DNA from: Eledone cirrhosa
Lineage: Eukaryota
Length of the DNA stretch: 64,000 nt
Reading direction: 5' to 3'
Assembly (NCBI GenBank): GCA_964016885.1
Contig: OZ024740.1
Coordinates: forward strand, 199,330,001 to 199,394,000
This document shows positions 57,039-64,000 of this stretch, piece after piece. A program made the translations under genes and the position numbers. Under the pieces are notes generated by a model. That model made no database searches and was not told the origin of the DNA. It worked only from the letters and a program-made list of their open reading frames with translations. Each line of letters begins with the position of its first letter. Position 1 is the stretch's first letter.

Positions 57039-58559
57039 ATACTTTGGGAAGGTCATGTATATACATATATATATATATACATGCATACGTTATTCTATGG
57101 GAAAACATGTTTCGAATGTAATAAATACAAAGACACGTTGGTTGGTCATTCATAATCTTCAATAGTATCTCACGAAACTAACTCATCTGAAACAGTGAGA
57201 TTATCTTCCTAGCAAATGTTATCGTGTTGCCTATAAAAGAAAAGTAACAAAATCAACAGTTATGTTTATATTACTAAAATAAAATAAGTTGCAACAAGAT
57301 TTTCAATTGAAATTGCAAACATTTCGTTTCTTTATTGTATATATGAAATTGTAATTATTATGTTGCCACTGTTCTGAAAATTACAATAGAATGACAGAAG
57401 GTGAGATGTGCTCGATTTAGTGTTCATACATTTATTTTTTAATTGATGATGTCAATTTTTTTTCCTATTCTTATGTGATAGAAGATCATTACACACGCTA
57501 TGTTAACAACAATTTTAATCTTACTTTATTTAGAGTGTGTTGATTTGCGTTTTATTTTTTTGTTTGGAAAAAAGAGCAGCTTTCTATATTCCACCTTGGA
57601 TAATTATTGAATATTTAGTAGTGCCAAACCAATATCAGTTTCATAACATATGCGAGAGAAAGAAGTGAGATGATGAAAGACAGAATGAAGGAGAAAGCGA
57701 GAGTTGGGAATCAATTTAGTCACGTTTAATTAAGAATCTATTGAACTTCAATAGTGTAACCAGCTTGATATTTTATGTTATGTTGCCACATTTTTATTAA
57801 ATTTCCATCGTAAAATTTCATCGTTAATATCAAGTAATCGGAATTAGGCATTCATGCTCAAATTTGAAAGAAAAAAAAACATATTTATCATTTAGTTATA
57901 CAACAAAAACAAATGAAAGTTAAGGACATTTTAGGTAGATAGATCGAAAGAAACATATACAACGATATATCGATTTTAAAAACTTAAATGTGCGATGTAT
58001 CCATTACGTTTTATCTTAGCTTTTCATAAACTGATATAATTTTGTATATCTTTGTCATAACCAAGTTTCAGGAAAAACTACATGATTATTATTTCTCTTT
58101 GAGCATGGATTTTTAAATTAAAAGCTGTACACAATTTATCAAACATTACAGCCTTGATATTCTCCTTGTTATTCATAAGCCTAAAGGCATATATGATACA
58201 AACATAAACAATAGTATTTCAGCTGGTGTATAGAGGTACACATAATATGTTGTTATAATTGCAGGCAAAAAACATTAATGATTGATTGAATAACATCTGG
58301 TGAGTCACGAAGCCAAGTCTTTTTCAAATGAATCCGGCGATGCTATATATTGTAAAAAGATAGTGATAACAACATGCGAAGAAAATGTCGATCGTGGATT
58401 AAATAAATTGACATCAATGGGGAAGGATATCATGTGTCTGGACACATTGCCTTGTTTACATAATGATTAACTGGGGTGCAGCTCGGGGCTTAAAAGTGAG
58501 AGGGGATCCGTCTCGTTTTCAACGTATATTAAAATATATATTAAATCTTACCAGTGAAA

Positions 58560-60460
58560 CCCGACGATCTTTTCAGTATTTAGATTCTTATCTCTGTTAT
58601 TAAATACATTTATTTTTCGTTGGGCACCGCCCACATTTTTTTATAGTGAAGAATAATTTGTTTCCGGGATCTAAACATCATTCTATATGTAGAAGTATAT
58701 CCTGCATTTTAAATTCTCATTAAGTTACTTTTGAACAGGGTTCCTTGTTTATTTACTCTAACTGTCCAGGAGAATCTGTCCAGTTTTACAGCATATATCA
58801 GAAATATAGCTCTAACACATAAAACTTTTCAATAGTTAGAATATTATGATAATTATTAAATAATCTTTTATTTGAGATTCCCGCTCCATTTTAGAGATAA
58901 ATATTGCTCGATACTGGAATCTCAGAATGTTTCCTTGGGTAAGCCAGGAGTGATTAATTGTTCATTGTTTCTTTCGAGCAGGTGTTGAAGGGCACACATA
59001 TTTTCCTGCACAGGGCCCCTTGCTTTTTTAAAACGACTGTCTGGTTCTTACTTTTTATAATGAGGAAGAATGAGAAGATTGTCCTGTTGTTTGGGAGGGA
59101 ATAAATAGATAATTCTAACTCAGGAGCAAGTCTGGAATAAATCGACTCCACTACAAATATGGTACTTTATTTTCCCGAATAAATGAATCAAAGTCTTGAA
59201 AAATAAGGTATTCCAAATAAATGTTTCAAACCAAACAAATGGATTAAGACCATCCTACATGTTTTTACTAGTATATCGATCATTTGAATGCGAAAATAAA
59301 TTATGTATATTTCGTTAAGCAAAAAGGAGTGGTGATTTCTAATATGTATTATGGCGGAGATTGTTTTAGCTATAGATTCCAGAAGAAAAAGAGTTCACTC
59401 TAATTTACCTGGCTTTTATGTGGAGAGATGGAAAAAAAAACAGAAGGAAAAGAAAGCAAATTGTTTCCAAATAATATCTACCACTAAAGCTATAATCGTT
59501 GAATTTCAATAGAAAGTTTCATTGGGGAATGATAATAACATTTAGAGGAAGAGAAGTATTGGGTGTAAGGAAAGAAAGGAGAACATTTGAGAGCGTGGGT
59601 TGAGAGAGAGATAGAGGGAGAGAATCAGTAAGATCGTTAGTACATAAGTAGGTTACGCTGCTAATATATCGAGTTGTTAATTAATAGGAAAAAGATGCGA
59701 AAATTAAGCCGATTGTTTTGATGAATGTTTTAGAATCAAATCAATGAAGATATAATAAACTATAAAGCGTTGAAAATGGCAGATCCGTTGCAGTGTTGCA
59801 CCGGCTCCGTGCTGCAGCTATCTAAATAAGGAGTTCAAATCCTGCCGAAGACGAAATTGACTTTTCCCTATTCAGTACTAGGTGAATCGATTCGGCGACA
59901 TATTTAAATAGTTGGCAGCATTTTTGAGGTATTTGATCCGGCATATTGTGCTCTCAGTTCTAATATCATCCCTTGCTGCCATGGAAAGAGCAACAAAGAT
60001 ATTCTGTTCCAATCTGACGATAGGTTCTTTTCCATGCCATTGTTAATTAATTAGCTGTCTATTTAAATGATTTATATATTTAAGATGTATTAATCAGCGC
60101 AGTGTTTGAGAGAAATCTTGAGTGAAATAATTACGAAGAAAAGGAACAAGTTATATGAGTGAGTGAATAGGGGAAAGCAAAGAAAAGGTTAGTGATGTAG
60201 AAATATCCAATTCTTGAAATCTGTCTGAAAACTGAAAGTAATAGGATATGATTTTACCGAGGTAAGAGTAAAGTTTCTTACTACGTGGACATATGAAGTT
60301 TTTTTTTTATAAAACTGAGTGCTACAGAGAACCCAGTAAAAAGGCAAAATTATATTATAGGCTTCTAACATTTTTACTGGATTCATTAATTCATTGATCT
60401 GAACTAGTTTCTTATATCGAGTCAAGGATACGTATTTTTTTACGTCTGGTACATATTTAA
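58560..60460 (-). mobile_element. Possible very old PLE remnant
   Basis: Weak echoes only (LEQNIF, SLPNNRTIFS..VVLKKQGALCRKIC); many stops. Confidence 0.25.
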
Positions 60461-61579
60461 TCATTCCCCGTGTTTTGAAGCGCTATCATGTGAGACATAA
60501 ACACATACATAAACACGCACGTACACACATACGCGCGCGCGCGCACACACGCACACACATAAACACACGCACACAAACACACACACACACATAAACACAG
60601 ACACAGGCACACACAGACACACACACACACACCCAATACACATATATAATATATAAATATATATGGAGTATGGTTGCTAGGATGCGTCCATATGCGGTAT
60701 GCTGGTTGAGCACTCTATGCTCCTTCGGAGAAGAGTATGATGATATGGAAAACGAAGAATCAGTGATGCATCGGAACACAATTTATTACGTATTACAATT
60801 GTTTCTCCAGCGAACAGCTCAGCGTGCGATCTGTTTGTGGTTCGCACCTGACTCTGGATTCGCAAGTTCATCAGATACGTCTAGTGATTTCGAAACAAAT
60901 TCTCTTTCTGTTGGACTCTGATCCTTCGAATTTTTATCATCTGCCATCATCCTGTTTGTGCGACACTTAGATTGGTTGATAGTTCGCGACCTCATCATAG
61001 TGCTTGACCATTGAAATCTGCGCACTGGCTATCTCCATTCACGCGTAAGCTATCGCTCACCCCAGTCCCGTCGCCATGAATTACTGCTGATAGTTTTTAT
61101 GAATTATCGTGCCAATACCTTGCTTCTCTGCCTCCCCATACATATACACACACACGCACATGTGTTCAAACCTATATACAGGCATTCCGAAACATTAATC
61201 GTACACTTCTCTGTGTGGAACTACACACACACACACACATACACACACACACACATAAAGCTTGCGTTCACACATCTACATACATATATATATTCACCTC
61301 TCATATATAGGCACATTCATACGCAGACACAAACCCACACGTACACATAACATTTTCTTGTTTCTTTGCTCTTTTATAAATGTACAAACACGAATATTAT
61401 GTGGTTATTTTTGTCTATACAGTTTCTTACCCTTGAATTAATGTTCTACTACTCCTAATGATAAATCTTAAATTTATATCAGTAGAGTACACTTTACCTT
61501 CAAACATTGACTGTATTTAACACAATGATTAACCTATACTTTTATCAGAAAATATCATTAATAATTTTACGTAATAATC

Positions 61580-61668
<89 letters not shown>

Positions 61669-61669
61669 G

Positions 61670-61803
<134 letters not shown>

Positions 61804-63007
61804 GGGTTGACGGACGCACCATACTTATCAATGCCAGTACCGGTTGTATCTCAGCGCATTCAATGGGCAATGTAAGATACATTACCAGAGTATACACATA
61901 GTTATTTGCCTCAACACAACACACGTAAAACGGGTGCCTATAAGGAATCCCGGACTCGAGTTTCTGCCGCACTAATGCAGCAATAAGGTACACTGCACCA
62001 TGTGTGTGCATATATTAAGCAACAATGCACAATCGGCTTATGCGGCTTCATCAGCGGGTAACGTCTAATCAATAACCAATCGATCGACATAATCCAAACA
62101 CCGGCCCGTGCGGGTCATGACTGTTTGTGACAACCGACACGGTAAAGCGATTAACTCTATCTCTCAACTAGCCACTGATTTACAAATTTTACGTGGGGAC
62201 GGAAAGCTAAAAAGAATCAATCTATTAGCTCCTGTCAGAAGCACTCAGCCAACGTGTCTCACACTCAAATTATCAAGGGGTGAAAAGATGGCTATTAGAA
62301 ATAGCAGTTCACATTGATATAATATACAATGGTAGCATTCGGTTCATGTCTCCAAGCCTCATGGTTAGAGGAAAGCGATGGTAATAATGGTAGTGCCAAG
62401 AACCTTTAACGGACTTTAAATGCGATCATCCATTATATACCAATATGGTAGCGAGCTGAAATGTGTCAGCCATGTGCGTAGATAACCAGTCTAATTCAGA
62501 ACTTAAAAGAGTGACAGACAAAATTAGTAGCAGGAAAAAGAGTGCATATCAAAACAAAACCACAATAAAAAGTGAAAAATTGTTTAACTTACTCTCAATA
62601 TTCCGCTCGTTGGGAGATAATAATAATAAGGGTTGGCGAACCCAGCAAAGTAGATTTGAGATGGAGGGTCTGCGGTTTTTCTCTAAAGTGGTAGTATCGT
62701 AGGTAGGTACGTAGGTAGTTAGCTAGTGATGGTAAGTAGTGAAGGTTCGCGTCGAGGAGGAACTAAAAAGATGGCTTCAAGATGAATGTGGCCCCGGGTA
62801 GCCCAGAAGGTAGAGACCATTATTTTAATTTAAAAAATGAAAATATTTTAAATTTTAGATAAAGGAGATTGAAACCCTACCTCCTATCTACATATACTTA
62901 AAGCTTGCATAGGTACAACACAACTACCCACACGTCCACCTAGAGACCGACGAAAGCAGACGGGAAATTAATGTGAGAAAAACCACAGACCCTCTATCTC
63001 AACTCTA

Positions 63008-63043
63008 CTTTTGAAAAGCAGAAGAACTGCGAAACCGGTAAAG
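63008..63043 (+). ncRNA. Minimal hammerhead with U3-A8 core
   Basis: ctt-TTGAAAA-gcag(aagaa)ctgc-GAAA-ccgg-TA-aag; stem I is only 3 bp. Confidence 0.55.
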
Positions 63044-63136
63044 GAACCAAATAAATATATATATATTTTTTTAAATAAGACTCCAGTTGCATTTTCGATT
63101 TCATCTTTTTTCATTATATTTATATATATATATATA

Positions 63137-63271
63137 TTTTAATATAGAAGAGCTTCTACAGGACTAGAACTGTTTCATTCATGAGAAATCATCAGGAAGC
63201 TTCCTGATGATTTCTCACGAATGAAACAATTCTAGAGTTTCCCATCCTGTAGAAGCTCTTCTATATTAAAA
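63137..63271. ncRNA. Palindrome encoding two divergent hammerheads (minus 63151-63201, plus 63198-63257)
   Basis: Centre tcatcag-gaagcttc-ctgatga. Minus strand: agcttc-CTGATGA-tttctcatgaat-GAAA-cag(ttctagtc)ctg-TA-gaagct. Confidence 0.75.
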
Positions 63272-63345
63272 CATTTATATACTGCTGTGTATTGAGTGCC
63301 TTACTTACTGTGGTTACCTCCGATTCAACCCGGAATAACTTATAA

Positions 63346-63383
<38 letters not shown>

Positions 63384-63435
63384 TAATAAAAATAATTAAT
63401 AAAAACAAAGAAACAGTTCCTTATATTAAACTATT

Positions 63436-63571
63436 CATCATTTTACGATCGTTTCTAGGATATATATGTTTGTGTTGGTATGTATATCATATAGATCTAT
63501 GTAAAAATTTTACAAACTATCAGAGGGAATATACATACCTACACATATATATGCTGTCTTCAGAAATAATG
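63436..63571 (-). ncRNA. Long-stem-II hammerhead, second copy of the 550-699 family
   Basis: cattattt-CTGAAGA-cagcatatatatgt...acatatatatccta-GAAA-cgatcg-TA-aaatgatg. Confidence 0.8.
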
Positions 63572-64000
63572 ATATTTGTTTATTGACAAAAACCAACAAA
63601 GATTTAATATAATAGGTCTGTTTGGGAACATGTTTTGAATTGACCATTAGAAAGGTAGTGAGTGGTCAAGATGGTAGAATAGTAGTAATAGAACTTTAAT
63701 TTAGAGGTAGAGGAAGGCAGATTTCAGTTTTGAATGGAAAGAGTATGATGAATGAAAAGATTATTTGAGGGATGAAAATAGGTCAAGTCGGTAAAAGGTA
63801 CACGAAGAAATGATGTTATAAAAGAATAATGCTAATGTAAATCTCTAAGGAGAATAACATTTTACGATAAATGTGTTAGTGAAAAATATCAATCTTATTC
63901 TAAATATAGGGAATTTACATCTATAAAAAGAAAATAAATTAATAAATTGATAGGTATATTTATATTGATAAATTTATATTAATTCATATAGATATGATAA

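Noticed and set aside
62015-62060. CTGATGA on the minus strand
   Set aside because: No GAAA at the expected position and no stem I or III.

Overview
AT-rich, microsatellite-saturated animal DNA, most likely from an octopod cephalopod (inferred only from my recall of the tRNA-derived SINE family). I found no confident host-gene exon, and most ORFs in the supplied track are (TA)n/(CA)n/(GA)n artefacts. The window is a graveyard of mobile elements: several Penelope-like elements (PLEs; a Nematis-like group and a Naiad-like group), an R4/Dong-type REL retrotransposon in (TACA)n, RTE and CR1 LINE fragments, SINEs, a non-autonomous Helitron, a Tigger/pogo transposase and a palindromic MITE carrying telomeric repeats. 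The main hidden signal, read by eye on both strands, is about 15-18 type-I hammerhead ribozyme (HHR) motifs from many unrelated sequence families. Some lie in PLE pseudo-LTRs or 3' ends. Others lie in small non-coding retrozyme-like units with about 320 and 540 nt periods. They include variants with 90-115 nt rod-like stem II, compensatory U3-A8 cores, and a palindromic head-to-head ribozyme pair. All folds are manual; none has been computed or tested.
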